A DNA stretch of 48,895 nucleotides from Candidatus Dormiibacterota bacterium (GCA_035602295.1 DATNMN010000186.1:1-48895), one strand, 5' to 3'. Numbered from the stretch's first letter, positions 1-8,988 are shown. The notes: generated by a model from the letters alone, not told the origin. Translations and numbers: made by a program.

Positions 1-371
1 TCCAAAAGCAGTCGGTGCTTCGGTGTCAGGTTGGCGGCGTCGAGGTCTCCATTACGCAGCGCCGACGCAGCCTGCGAGTACTGCTCACCCTGCAACTGCA
101 GGAACCAGGCATGGCTGCTGAGTCAATAGTGGCAACGGTTGAGGGCCGAGACGTAGGACGCGATCATTTCGTGCTCCGCTCGGCTGAGCGCCCCGTCCGT
201 AAAGTGCAGGCGGCTCGCCTGGTCGATGGCACGCAGGAAGTCGGGTCGTAGGCTCATCGTCCGCAGGATGTCGGGAACGTTTCCCCTTGCCGACGTTTGC
301 TTCAGCTCACGGTAGAGGTCGGCGAGATCACCCGATGCGGCATCGTCCTCGATCCACGCGATCCGAGCCAT
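1..371 (-). CDS. AhpD-like / carboxymuconolactone-decarboxylase-family peroxidase-related protein. 3' end runs off the window. In-frame TGA at 123-125 sits at the second position of the CxxC redox motif (C-H-Y-U), so this is a candidate selenoprotein.
   Basis: The track ORF 123..371 ends ...SYVSALNRCHY-TGA. The same frame stays open from 122 to base 1 and reads LSSHAWFLQLQGEQYSQAASALRNGDLDAANLTPKHRLLL. The family core N-x-C-x-Y-C-x-x-S-H therefore continues straight through the TGA. Confidence 0.7.
89..102 (-). promoter_or_regulatory. SECIS-like hairpin downstream of the in-frame UGA
   Basis: The mRNA sense reads CCUGC-AGUU-GCAGG (5-bp stem, 4-nt loop containing G and U), starting 21 nt after the UGA. 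A possible outer stem is GCCUG (110-106) with CAGGC (74-70). Folding was done by eye only. Confidence 0.35.
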
Positions 372-401
372 GATGTCGCAACGCCGTTTTGACGAACCCG
401 G

Positions 402-890
402 TTACGGCTTGACCAGGCTCCAGCCGGTGTAGTTGCCCTTGGTGTCGCCTGCCGCGCTATCGCTGTGGAAGAAGTAGAGCGGCAGCCCTTTGTAGGTCAC
501 CTGCACAGAGCCGTCGCTACGGGTGATGGTCCCCAGCTGCCCGGTCACCCCGGGACCACCCGTCGGAGTCTGTCCACCCGTGATGGTCAGCGGCGGCCAG
601 GTCGTCGCGCATCCGCCGTTGCACTTGCTCGCGCCCGGCGTATCGCTGTCGAAGGTGTAGACGGTGTGGCTGTTGGAGGCGGCAACGAGGATCGTTCCCA
701 TGGTGCCGACGCTCTGCGCCAAAACGACCGCTGCCGCCGCCGGCGATGGGGACGGCGTTGGGCTTGGGGTTGCTGAGGGCGAGGGTGATGCGGTTGCCGC
801 GGGCCCGCTGGTCGAACCGCCGCACGCGGCGAGCAACACAGCCGAGCATGCCGCGACCGCGGCCATTCGCAACCAACGCACGAAAGCCAT
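402..890 (-). CDS. Secreted lipoprotein, COG4315 / PF03640 (Lipoprotein_15) repeat family
   Basis: Signal peptide with lipobox (MAFVRWLRMAAVAACSAVLLAAC-GG), then a Pro/Ser/Thr-rich linker. Two family-type repeats follow (TVYTFDSD...CNGGCATTWPPL and LPLYFFHSDS). The gene starts 12 nt after the Rieske gene stop. Confidence 0.8.
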   Translation of the reverse strand: MAFVRWLRMAAVAACSAVLLAACGGSTSGPAATASPSPSATPSPTPSPSPAAAAVVLAQSVGTMGTILVAASNSHTVYTFDSDTPGASKCNGGCATTWPPLTITGGQTPTGGPGVTGQLGTITRSDGSVQVTYKGLPLYFFHSDSAAGDTKGNYTGWSLVKP

Positions 891-902
891 TACGGCGAAC
901 CG

Positions 903-1568
903 TTACACCGTATAGACCTGGACCTGGCCCTTTTCGACCCGTACCTGCAGCGAAGGCAACGGCGAGAGTGGGCTCGAATAATTTGTGGGCTGGCCATCCT
1001 TCTCAAAGGTCGCCCCGTGGCAAGGGCACTCGAACCGATCGCGGAACTTGCTGTAGTTGAGGATGCAGGCCATGTGCGTGCAAACGCCGGAGAGACCCTT
1101 GACCTCCTGTCCTTGACGGATCAGGAACCCCTCGATGGCTCCAGACCGGAATGCGACCGGCGTCGCCTCCGGAAGGTCAGCCAGCGCTTTGATCGGTTTC
1201 CAGCTGCCGTTTTCGACGAGCTGCCGCGCGGTTTTTGGCGCCGCCTTGTCGACCTGCTGGATTCCGAGCACCGCCGCGATGCCGGCAGCGATACCCGCAG
1301 CACCCGTTAGCAGCAACGACCGGCGGCTGGGGCGCGAGGCCGGGTCCGGCTGCGCCGACCGCTCGCCGACCCAGTCGTGAATCGAGCCCTGCATGCGCTC
1401 CAGGAACTCCTTCGAGGGTAGCCCGGCTCCAGGCTTGGCCGCCCGCAGCATGGCGGCCGTCTGCCGCGCCCGTAGGGCGTCTTCGTCGGGCAACGGCGTC
1501 CGCTCAGGACGGCGGTCCTGCAACAGGTCCTCGACGTGCTTATCGAGTTGTTCGGGATCGTCGTTCAC
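903..1568 (-). CDS. Membrane-anchored Rieske [2Fe-2S] domain protein with a charged ~80-aa N-terminal extension; candidate anti-sigma factor
   Basis: Rieske motif CTH-x15-CPCH near the C-terminus. A single hydrophobic helix is preceded by the twin-arginine-like SRRSLLL. The start overlaps the ECF sigma stop by 4 nt (1565-1568). Confidence 0.8.
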   Translation of the reverse strand: MNDDPEQLDKHVEDLLQDRRPERTPLPDEDALRARQTAAMLRAAKPGAGLPSKEFLERMQGSIHDWVGERSAQPDPASRPSRRSLLLTGAAGIAAGIAAVLGIQQVDKAAPKTARQLVENGSWKPIKALADLPEATPVAFRSGAIEGFLIRQGQEVKGLSGVCTHMACILNYSKFRDRFECPCHGATFEKDGQPTNYSSPLSPLPSLQVRVEKGQVQVYTV

Positions 1569-2125
1569 GACGGCCTCCCGCGTTCCCGCCCGGCGCGGTT
1601 CAGCGCCCGGAACTGCAACACCTTGACGTTGGTCTCGCTGAGGTTGAGCTCCTGCGCGGTTTCCCGCACCGAATAGCCGCGCAGGAAGCGCAGCTCGAGC
1701 ACCCGTCGATAACTCTCGGGGAGCGTGGCGAGCAGCGCGTCCACCCGCTGGACGGCTTCGGGATTCTCACGGGGGGCGGGCTGCTGGGTCACATCGTCGT
1801 CGAGCTCGCCGGCGCCCTCCGCGTAATACTCGCGCCAGTGGTCGGCCAGGGTCGTCTGGGCGACCCGATACAGCCAGCTGCGCAGCTCGGGAACCGAGAC
1901 ATCGTTGCGCATGCCGTTGATCGCCTTCACGAACACCTGGGCGGTGAGATCCTCGGCGTCCGGGCGGTTACCGACTCGGCCGTAGATGTATTGATAAATG
2001 GCTGTCACATGCGTCTGGTAGGCCCATGTCAGGTGATCCTGGCCGTGGGGGGCGTCGACGTGAGGCAGCGGGACGATCTTCCCGGAGGAAGCGACGGCGG
2101 CGCCGGTTGTCTGGTCCTCACGCAT
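1565..2125 (-). CDS. ECF-type RNA polymerase sigma-70 family factor
   Basis: Region 2 (PDAEDLTAQVFVKA, WLYRVAQT) and region 4 HTH (YSVRETAQELNLSETNVKVLQFRALNRA) are present. At 186 aa the size is typical for ECF sigma factors. Confidence 0.9.
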   Translation of the reverse strand: MREDQTTGAAVASSGKIVPLPHVDAPHGQDHLTWAYQTHVTAIYQYIYGRVGNRPDAEDLTAQVFVKAINGMRNDVSVPELRSWLYRVAQTTLADHWREYYAEGAGELDDDVTQQPAPRENPEAVQRVDALLATLPESYRRVLELRFLRGYSVRETAQELNLSETNVKVLQFRALNRAGRERGRPS

Positions 2126-2242
2126 CCGCTTCCGCAGTTATATACCGCCCGGGGTTACGTGGTCGCAACCGCCCGTAATCCAGGCCCTGTTCAGCGGGGG
2201 GCCAATGTGGGAATACTGGAGTAGGGAAAGAGCTTAGATAAC

Positions 2243-3259
2243 ATGGGAGCTTCGCAACCGATGGAAAAAGATCGTCAGTACGACGTGGTCATCATCGGCG
2301 CCGGGCCAGCGGGCCTGACCGCCGCCTTGTACGCCGGCCGGGCGCGGGTCAAGACCGTGCTGCTGGAGCGGGGGGCGCCGGGTGGGCAGCTACTCAACAC
2401 CGACGCGATCGAGGACTACCCGGGATTCGACCACATCACCGGGCCGGAGCTGGCCCAGCGCATGGCCGACCAGGCCGTCAAGTTCGGCGTCGAGCTGGAG
2501 ACCGCCCGTGTGACCGCCATCCACCGTCGCGGCGACAAGCAGGTTGTCGAGACCGAAGACGGTGAGTACGTTGCGGACTACGTCATCCTGACCGCGGGCG
2601 GCGAGCCGCTGAAGCTCGGTATCCCCGGAGAGAACGAGTTCCAGGGGCGCGGTGTCTCCCAGTGCGCCGTCTGCGATGGCGCCTTCTTCAAGGAAGAGGA
2701 GGTGGCCGTGGTCGGCGGCGGCGATGCCGCGCTCGAGGAGGGCGTCTTCTTGACGCGCTTCGCAAAGAAGGTTTACATCATCCACAGGCGCGAGCAGTTC
2801 CGCGCCCAGGCCATCCTGGTCGAGGCGGCGCGCAAGCACCCCAAGGTCGAGCTGATCACCAACACGATCGTCACCGAGGTCAAGGGTGAGGACGGCCAGG
2901 TTAAGGAGATCACGTTGAAGGATGTCGCCAGCGGCCAGACCCGACCGCTGAAGGTCACCGGCGTTTTCATCTTCATAGGGTTCCAGCCGAACGTCCAGTT
3001 CTTCGACCACCGGGAACACGTCGAGCATGACCCGCTGGGATTCATCGTGACCGACTCGACGATGCAAACGAGCCTGCCGGGCGTCTACGCGGCCGGCGAC
3101 GTGCGGTCGCAGCTCACGCGGCAGATCACAACCGCCGTCGGGGACGCGACCACAGCCGCCATCGACGCGGTCAAGAAGCTCGAGGCGAAGAAGCACCAGC
3201 TCACGCCCGTGCCGGTCGACCTCTACGGCCCCACCCGGCCGGACCTCGTCGGCAGCTAA
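2243..3259 (+). CDS. trxB: Thioredoxin-disulfide reductase
   Basis: FAD-binding VVIIGAGPAG, redox-active CAVCDG, NADPH-binding VVGGGDAA, and C-terminal AAGDV. ATG at 2261, preceded by GGGAG at 2246-2250, is an alternative start. Confidence 0.9.
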   Translation: MGASQPMEKDRQYDVVIIGAGPAGLTAALYAGRARVKTVLLERGAPGGQLLNTDAIEDYPGFDHITGPELAQRMADQAVKFGVELETARVTAIHRRGDKQVVETEDGEYVADYVILTAGGEPLKLGIPGENEFQGRGVSQCAVCDGAFFKEEEVAVVGGGDAALEEGVFLTRFAKKVYIIHRREQFRAQAILVEAARKHPKVELITNTIVTEVKGEDGQVKEITLKDVASGQTRPLKVTGVFIFIGFQPNVQFFDHREHVEHDPLGFIVTDSTMQTSLPGVYAAGDVRSQLTRQITTAVGDATTAAIDAVKKLEAKKHQLTPVPVDLYGPTRPDLVGS

Positions 3260-3293
3260 CCCGGACCGGCCGCCCCGCATTGCCGCCGGCGCA

Positions 3294-4871
3294 GTGGCCG
3301 GATTGTTCATCGTCGCCGCCGCGCTGCGGCTCTGGGGGATCAACTTCGGGCTGCCGGCCTTCTACCGACCGGACGAAGACGTCACCGTAGGACGGGCCAT
3401 GGGCATCTTCCACGGCATCCTCGATCCGCATTTCGCCGACTGGCCACACCTCTACTTCTATGTGGCGGCGGCGTGGCTCACGCCCTTCCGCGTGATCGGG
3501 CTCGTCCAGGACCCGGCGTCGGGGTATCTGTGGATTCGGGTGCTCGACGCGCTGCTCGGCAGCCTGACCGTCTTACTCGTCTTCGAATTTGGCCGCCGCG
3601 CGTATGGCTGGCTGGCCGGATTCTTCGGAGCCTCAGCGCTGGCGGTCGCCTTCCTCCACGTCCGCGACAGCCACTTCGCGACGCTCGACATCCCGCTGAC
3701 CCTGGCCTGTGTGGCCACGCTCTACATCGCCTATCGCACCATCCAGTCCCGGGGCGCGCGGCCCCTGCTGCTCAACGGGATCAGCCTTGGCATCGCCGCC
3801 AGCCTGAAATACAACGGCGCCCTCGTATTCGCCGGGATCGCCGCCGCCCAAACCCTGCGGGCCCGCGCCGAGCGCACGCAGGTCTCGCGCATCCTGGCGC
3901 GGTTGGCGCTGATTGCCGGCATCGGCGTTGCAACCCTGGTGCTCACGTCGCCATTCCTGGTGCTCGACCCCGGCATGACGCAGCATGGCATCGGCTATAT
4001 CTTTCAGCACCTCGGCACGGCGTCCGCGCCGGCGATCGGCTGGGTGCAGTTGAGCCTCGCGCTGTGGTCGGGCATGGATCCCGTGCTGGTGCTGCTGGGC
4101 ATCGTTGGCGTGGCATATGCGGCCTGGCGCCGGCACCCGGCCGACGTCATCATCCTGACCTTCCTGGCCGTCTACATCCTGTTGATCGGCGCCGGCCGTT
4201 CAGTGTTCTTCCGCTACGCCGACCCGATGATCCCGCTCCTGCTCCTGCTCGGCGGTCGCGCCATGGCGGTACTGGTCGATCGGACGGCGCGCGGACAAAC
4301 TCGGCGGCTCGCGCTCGCCGCGGCCCTCGTGCTGATCGGGGTCGCACCGCTGGTCCACGACGTTCGCTACGACCTCCTGATCCAGCAGACGGACACGCGC
4401 ACGCTGGCCTTCGACTGGCTGGCGCAGCACGTGCCCGCCGGCATCCGGGCGGCCGTGCCGTACATGGCCGGGCCGGCCCACGACCAGGCGATGATCGATA
4501 GCGGAGAACACAGCCACGGTGCGACCGATCTCTACGTGGCGTCCTTCCTCGACAGCCGGCTCGAGACGCAGTACACCATCCACGAACTGACGCGCGACGA
4601 CCTCCGGCTGACCTCGCTCGACAGCCTGCGCAACGAAGGGATTACGTACGTGGTCGTCGGTTACGAAACGCCAGGCACCGGCTGCCGGGTGGACAGCCCG
4701 CTCGAGCGGATGCTGCGGGCGCAGGGACCGCCGCTGGCGAGCTTTTCGCCGACGACCGGCTGTCCGCAGAGCGTGTTCGACCCCATCGATACCTACTATG
4801 TCCCGCTCGCCGGCTACGGCGGCTGGGTCCGGCCCGGCCCGTACATCCGGATCTACCGCCTCGGCGGGTGA
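3294..4871 (+). CDS. GT39 / PMT_2 (ArnT-like) polytopic membrane glycosyltransferase
   Basis: Many hydrophobic segments. The N-terminal loop LRLWGINFGLPAFYRPDEDV is typical of this family. GTG start. Confidence 0.75.
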   Translation: MAGLFIVAAALRLWGINFGLPAFYRPDEDVTVGRAMGIFHGILDPHFADWPHLYFYVAAAWLTPFRVIGLVQDPASGYLWIRVLDALLGSLTVLLVFEFGRRAYGWLAGFFGASALAVAFLHVRDSHFATLDIPLTLACVATLYIAYRTIQSRGARPLLLNGISLGIAASLKYNGALVFAGIAAAQTLRARAERTQVSRILARLALIAGIGVATLVLTSPFLVLDPGMTQHGIGYIFQHLGTASAPAIGWVQLSLALWSGMDPVLVLLGIVGVAYAAWRRHPADVIILTFLAVYILLIGAGRSVFFRYADPMIPLLLLLGGRAMAVLVDRTARGQTRRLALAAALVLIGVAPLVHDVRYDLLIQQTDTRTLAFDWLAQHVPAGIRAAVPYMAGPAHDQAMIDSGEHSHGATDLYVASFLDSRLETQYTIHELTRDDLRLTSLDSLRNEGITYVVVGYETPGTGCRVDSPLERMLRAQGPPLASFSPTTGCPQSVFDPIDTYYVPLAGYGGWVRPGPYIRIYRLGG

Positions 4872-4924
4872 TCCCAGAATCGGCGGCTTGGCCCCCGCTC
4901 GATCGCCGTCTATAGTGAAAACCA

Positions 4925-5257
4925 GTGAACCTGATCGCGCTGATCAAGGAGCGGGCCAAGTACTACAAATGTCTCGCCTGCTCCCAGGCGCTCGCCGACT
5001 GCCAGGTGAAGCTGCTCAACGAGGCCGACGGCCATTGCACGGTTGAAGTCACCTGCGCCAACTGCGGCGTCAGCTTCGTGGCGGTGCTCCTGCTCAAGAA
5101 AGCTAAGCATCCGGACGGTTTGCCCAAGGCGGCCGAAGAAGGGCCAATCAGCAGCGACGAGATGCTCGACGTCCACGAATACATGAAGGCCTTCAACGGC
5201 CCGATCAGGGAGCTCGTCCGCTGGCGTCCGTATCGCCAGCAGTCACCGTCCTCCTGA
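4925..5257 (+). CDS. Hypothetical zinc-ribbon protein
   Basis: 110-codon ORF with two CxxC pairs (CLAC...CANC). No family recognised. It lies immediately upstream of the cysteine desulfurase gene. Confidence 0.5.
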   Translation: MNLIALIKERAKYYKCLACSQALADCQVKLLNEADGHCTVEVTCANCGVSFVAVLLLKKAKHPDGLPKAAEEGPISSDEMLDVHEYMKAFNGPIRELVRWRPYRQQSPSS

Positions 5258-5270
5258 CAGACTTCTAAGA

Positions 5271-6437
5271 TTGGTGCCGATGGTGTATCTCGACCACTCG
5301 GCAACGACGCCGCTCGACCCCGAGGTCCTGCAGGCGATGATGCCCTATCTCACCGAGGAGTTCGGTAACGCCTCCAGCGTCTACGGCCTGGGCCAGCGCG
5401 CGCGGCAGGCGATCGACCAGGCGCGGGATGAGGTGGCGGCCTTCTACGGGGTGGTCGCCAAGGAGGTGATCTTCACCTCGGGTGGTACCGAAGGCGACAA
5501 CTTCGCCTTTCGCGGGATCGCCGAGCGAAATGCAGATCGCGGCCGGCACGTCATCACCTCGACCATCGAGCACGATGCCGTGCTTCGCTCCGCCGAGGCA
5601 CTGGAGCGCGACGGTTTTGAGGTGACACGGCTGCGCGTCGACCGTTTCGGACTGGTCGATCCGAGTGCACTGAGCGAGGCGTTGCGGCCGGACACCATCC
5701 TGGTGAGCATCATGCATGCGAACAATGAGGTCGGGACAATCGAGCCAATCCGCGAACTCGTCGCCGTGACCCGCGAGCACAGTGACGCCTACTTCCACAC
5801 CGACGCCGTGCAGTCGACAGGAAAGATCCCAGTGCGCGTCGATGAGCTGGGCGTCGACCTCCTCTCGATGTCCGCCCACAAGCTCCATGGTCCGAAGGGC
5901 GTGGGCTGCCTGGTCGTGCGCTCCGGCGTTCGGCTGGAGCCGCAGCTGCACGGGGGCGGGCACGAGCGCAATCGTCGAGCCGGGACCGAGAACGTCGCGG
6001 GCATCGTCGGGCTCGCCAAAGCCATCGGCATTGCAAGCCGGGACCTGGCCAAGAACACGGCGCATCTCGTCGCTCTCCGCGATCGCTTGATCGAAGGCGT
6101 CCTCGACCGGATCCCCGGCGCAGAACTCACCGGGCATCCGCAACAGCGCCTACCGCACCACGCCAGCTTCTTGTTTGCGGGGGTGGAAGGCGAGTCGCTG
6201 CTGCTGCAGCTCGATATGGAAGGCATCGCCGCGTCATCGGGCTCGGCGTGCACCTCGGGCTCACTGGAAGCGAGCCATGTCATCCTGGCACTCGGCTACC
6301 CGCGGGAGCGCGCGCTCGGCAGCCTTCGCCTCTCAGTGGGAAAGGGCAACACCGATGCCGACATCGACCTCGTGCTGGACCGGCTGCCCGCCATGGTCGC
6401 CCGGCTACGCGCGATGGCTCCCATCTCCGCCGCCTGA
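5271..6437 (+). CDS. Cysteine desulfurase (NifS/IscS class V aminotransferase family)
   Basis: Motifs YLDHSATTP, SGGTEGDN, the PLP-lysine region SAHKLHGPKG, and the catalytic loop SSGSACTSG. The track start is TTG 5271. ATG 5280 (MVYLDHS...) is the more likely initiation codon. Confidence 0.9.
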   Translation: MVPMVYLDHSATTPLDPEVLQAMMPYLTEEFGNASSVYGLGQRARQAIDQARDEVAAFYGVVAKEVIFTSGGTEGDNFAFRGIAERNADRGRHVITSTIEHDAVLRSAEALERDGFEVTRLRVDRFGLVDPSALSEALRPDTILVSIMHANNEVGTIEPIRELVAVTREHSDAYFHTDAVQSTGKIPVRVDELGVDLLSMSAHKLHGPKGVGCLVVRSGVRLEPQLHGGGHERNRRAGTENVAGIVGLAKAIGIASRDLAKNTAHLVALRDRLIEGVLDRIPGAELTGHPQQRLPHHASFLFAGVEGESLLLQLDMEGIAASSGSACTSGSLEASHVILALGYPRERALGSLRLSVGKGNTDADIDLVLDRLPAMVARLRAMAPISAA

Positions 6438-6446
6438 GGTTCGGGC

Positions 6447-6821
6447 GTGCCGGAAAAGTTCTACAGCGTGGACGAGGCCAACGCGCTGATCCCCAAACTC
6501 AAGACCGTGCTCGAACGCATCCGGAAAACGCAGGAGGAGCTGGCGAAGGACAAGACGGTCGCCATGGTGCGTGAGAAGGCGGCCCAGAACGGCGGCGGTT
6601 TGCCGGGGCGCCATCTATCGGCCCTGACGAAAACGCTCGACTCGGACCTCCGGCAGCTCGAGGAGTGGGGCATTACGCTTCGCGATCCAAGCATCGGATT
6701 GATCGACTTCCTCCACAAGCGTGAGGGCGAGACCGTCTTCCTCTGCTGGAAGCTCGGCGAGTCCCGCGTCGAGTGGTGGCACCCACTCGAAACGGGGATC
6801 GCCGGCCGACAGCGACTCTAA
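6447..6821 (+). CDS. DUF2203 domain protein
   Basis: N-terminus KFYSVDEANALIPKLKTVLERI and C-terminus GLIDFLHKREGETVFLCWKLGE..WWH match the DUF2203 pattern as I recall it. Confidence 0.75.
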   Translation: MPEKFYSVDEANALIPKLKTVLERIRKTQEELAKDKTVAMVREKAAQNGGGLPGRHLSALTKTLDSDLRQLEEWGITLRDPSIGLIDFLHKREGETVFLCWKLGESRVEWWHPLETGIAGRQRL

Positions 6822-7891
6822 CCGCTCCGGAAGACGAACGCGATGAGGAACAGCACCAGCAGGATCGAAGAGATCGCCAGCCCGATGATGCCAAGCAGCC
6901 GGCCGGTCTTCGCCCGATCATCACCCTGATAGCGGCTCGGCGCCGAGCGAATTTCGCGAACCGCACCGTTGCCGAAGACGATCGCCAGGATCCCGGTTGG
7001 GATCGCGATCAGCGGCATCCAGAAAAAGAACAGGGTGGTCATGCCCCAGGTCATCGAACTGGAGGCGCCGTGATGCATTGGCCGATGGGGCGAGATCCCC
7101 TCACGCTCGGCAAGCCGATCGAGCGCGGCAAGCGGGCCGGCGGTGGCCACAAGCTCCGGCAGCGCCACTCGCAAGGCGGCTTCCGCGCTTTGCGCGAGCG
7201 CCTCGCGGCGCGCCACCGGAAGCGCCTCACGACGGGCGGCGTAGGCGACCACCAGCCGCCGGAGTCCGGGGTCCAGTGCCGGCAGCTCGCCAGTCGGCGC
7301 GGCGGATGTCGCCGGCGTGGCTGAAGGCGTTGCCCAAATCGATGGCGCAGCTTGCGGCTCCGCGACCGTATTGGCCGGCGCACTCGACAGGTCGTACAGG
7401 CTGACCCGCTCGCGATCACGCACCACCAGGGTGCCGGCCGCGAAGTCTCCCAGCCGCTTGCCGCGGCCGTTGATGAACAGCGTCAACATGCCGATGGCAT
7501 AGAAGATCGGAAGGAAGTCGACGATCCGCACCAGGTTGCGAATCGCAGCCTGCCCGAGAGTTAGCGGCTCGCCGTGATCGCCGACGACACGCAGCCGGGT
7601 CGCGCGCTTGCCGAGGGTTTGCCCGTTCCAGGCGGCCTCACTGACCAAGAAGTAGCCGGCCACCAGGATGAAGCCGAGGATGATCTCGATCAGGAGCGCC
7701 AGCTCACCAGAGCTGAAGACGCCGCCCAGCGAGGTGGCGAGGATGGTGATCGCGATCAGGACGACCGTGATGACAAGCGAATCGAGGATCTGCGCCAGGA
7801 AGCGGCTGCCAATCCCGGCAATCTCGTACTGGAACGCCACCCGCTCCGGCGTGGAGATGACGAGATCGTCTGACGCGTCGGGCGGGTGCAC
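6818..7891 (-). CDS. RDD family membrane protein with a C-terminal DUF4190-like two-helix tail
   Basis: RDD-type N-terminal domain (RFLAQILDSLV..., RATRLRVV). An Ala/Pro-rich linker follows, then a C-terminal pair of hydrophobic helices. GTG start. Confidence 0.8.
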   Translation of the reverse strand: MHPPDASDDLVISTPERVAFQYEIAGIGSRFLAQILDSLVITVVLIAITILATSLGGVFSSGELALLIEIILGFILVAGYFLVSEAAWNGQTLGKRATRLRVVGDHGEPLTLGQAAIRNLVRIVDFLPIFYAIGMLTLFINGRGKRLGDFAAGTLVVRDRERVSLYDLSSAPANTVAEPQAAPSIWATPSATPATSAAPTGELPALDPGLRRLVVAYAARREALPVARREALAQSAEAALRVALPELVATAGPLAALDRLAEREGISPHRPMHHGASSSMTWGMTTLFFFWMPLIAIPTGILAIVFGNGAVREIRSAPSRYQGDDRAKTGRLLGIIGLAISSILLVLFLIAFVFRSG

Positions 7892-8013
7892 GCTCTCACT
7901 CTACCCGCCGATTTTGGGAGGGGGCGTCGCAGTCCTGCGACAAGAACCCCACCCGGGCCCGCCCAGCAAAGGGGGGAGGGAGATTTCAGCGCGGCGTCCG
8001 TCATCATGAATAG

Positions 8014-8988
8014 GTGCGCGCGGATGAATTCGTCAGCCGACGGCGACCGGAGTGGGACCGCCTGGAAAAACTCCTGACGCGCGCGGGAACCAGCCGGGCG
8101 GGCGGGCTGCGCGCGACGGAAGTGCTGTCGCTGGCCGCCCTCTATCGCCGGGCCACCGCGGACTTCGCCCGCGCCAAGCGCGACTGGCCGACCGAGCCCG
8201 TGGCGAGCTACCTCAACGGCCTGGTCGCCCGGGGCCACGCCGCCGTCTACCGCCAGGGCGGCAACCTGGGCGAGCGCATCGCCATCTTCTACAAACGCAC
8301 GCTGCCACAGACCTATCGGGCGGCTGCTCCCTTCCTGATCGCCTCCGCACTGCTCCTCTTCGGACCGGCGCTGGTCGCTTTCGTCGCCATCACGCTCGAT
8401 CCGAAGCTGGCCTACGCCCTCGTGCCCGCCGAGCTGGTGCAACTGGTGCGTAGCCATCACCTCTGGACCACCATCCCAGTGGACAAGCGGCCGCTGATGT
8501 CGGGCGTGATCATGACGAACAACATCAACGTCTCGATCCTCGCCTTCGCCTTCGGCGCCCTGCTCGGCCTGCCCACCATCTACTTGCTGATGACAAACGG
8601 GATCCAGCTGGGCGGTCTGCTCGGCCTCACCAACGCCTATGGGATCGCGCCCGGCCTGCTCGATTTCGTCGTCGGCCACGGCGTGCTCGAGCTCTCGGTG
8701 GTGGTGGCGGCCGGCGCCTGTGGCCTGATGATGGGCTGGGCGGTCCTGCTACCCGGCGCCTACCGTCGTCGTGACGCGCTCGTCCTCGCGGCGGGCAAAG
8801 CCCTCGTCATTCTTGCCGGGCTGGCCCCGCTGCTGATCGTCGCCGGCATTATCGAAGGTAATTTGAGCCCCTCGGATGCGCCCACCGGCGTCAAGGTCGC
8901 GGTCGGCTTGACGACTGGAGTGCTGCTCTACTCGTACCTGCTGCTCACCGGCCGCCGCGCTCAGAAGGGCGAGTTGATCGCCGGGTAG
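8014..8988 (+). CDS. SpoIIM-like (PF01944/DUF95) integral membrane protein
   Basis: N-terminus [16 protein letters not shown] and core [29 protein letters not shown] are typical of the family. Divergent from the RDD gene. Confidence 0.75.
   Translation: MRADEFVSRRRPEWDRLEKLLTRAGTSRAGGLRATEVLSLAALYRRATADFARAKRDWPTEPVASYLNGLVARGHAAVYRQGGNLGERIAIFYKRTLPQTYRAAAPFLIASALLLFGPALVAFVAITLDPKLAYALVPAELVQLVRSHHLWTTIPVDKRPLMSGVIMTNNINVSILAFAFGALLGLPTIYLLMTNGIQLGGLLGLTNAYGIAPGLLDFVVGHGVLELSVVVAAGACGLMMGWAVLLPGAYRRRDALVLAAGKALVILAGLAPLLIVAGIIEGNLSPSDAPTGVKVAVGLTTGVLLYSYLLLTGRRAQKGELIAG

Noticed and set aside
700-800. Quasi-repetitive DNA encoding the SPSPSATPSPTPSPSP linker of the lipoprotein
   Set aside because: I considered it as a tandem-repeat or contingency locus. 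The units are imperfect and simply encode a Pro/Ser/Thr linker after the lipobox. The same applies to the Pro/Ala tracts around 31600-31700 and 32390-32510.
1235-2224. 329-aa plus-strand ORF across the sigma and Rieske genes
   Set aside because: It is antisense to two genes with clear motifs, and its composition is Pro/Arg/Ala-biased. Shadow frame.
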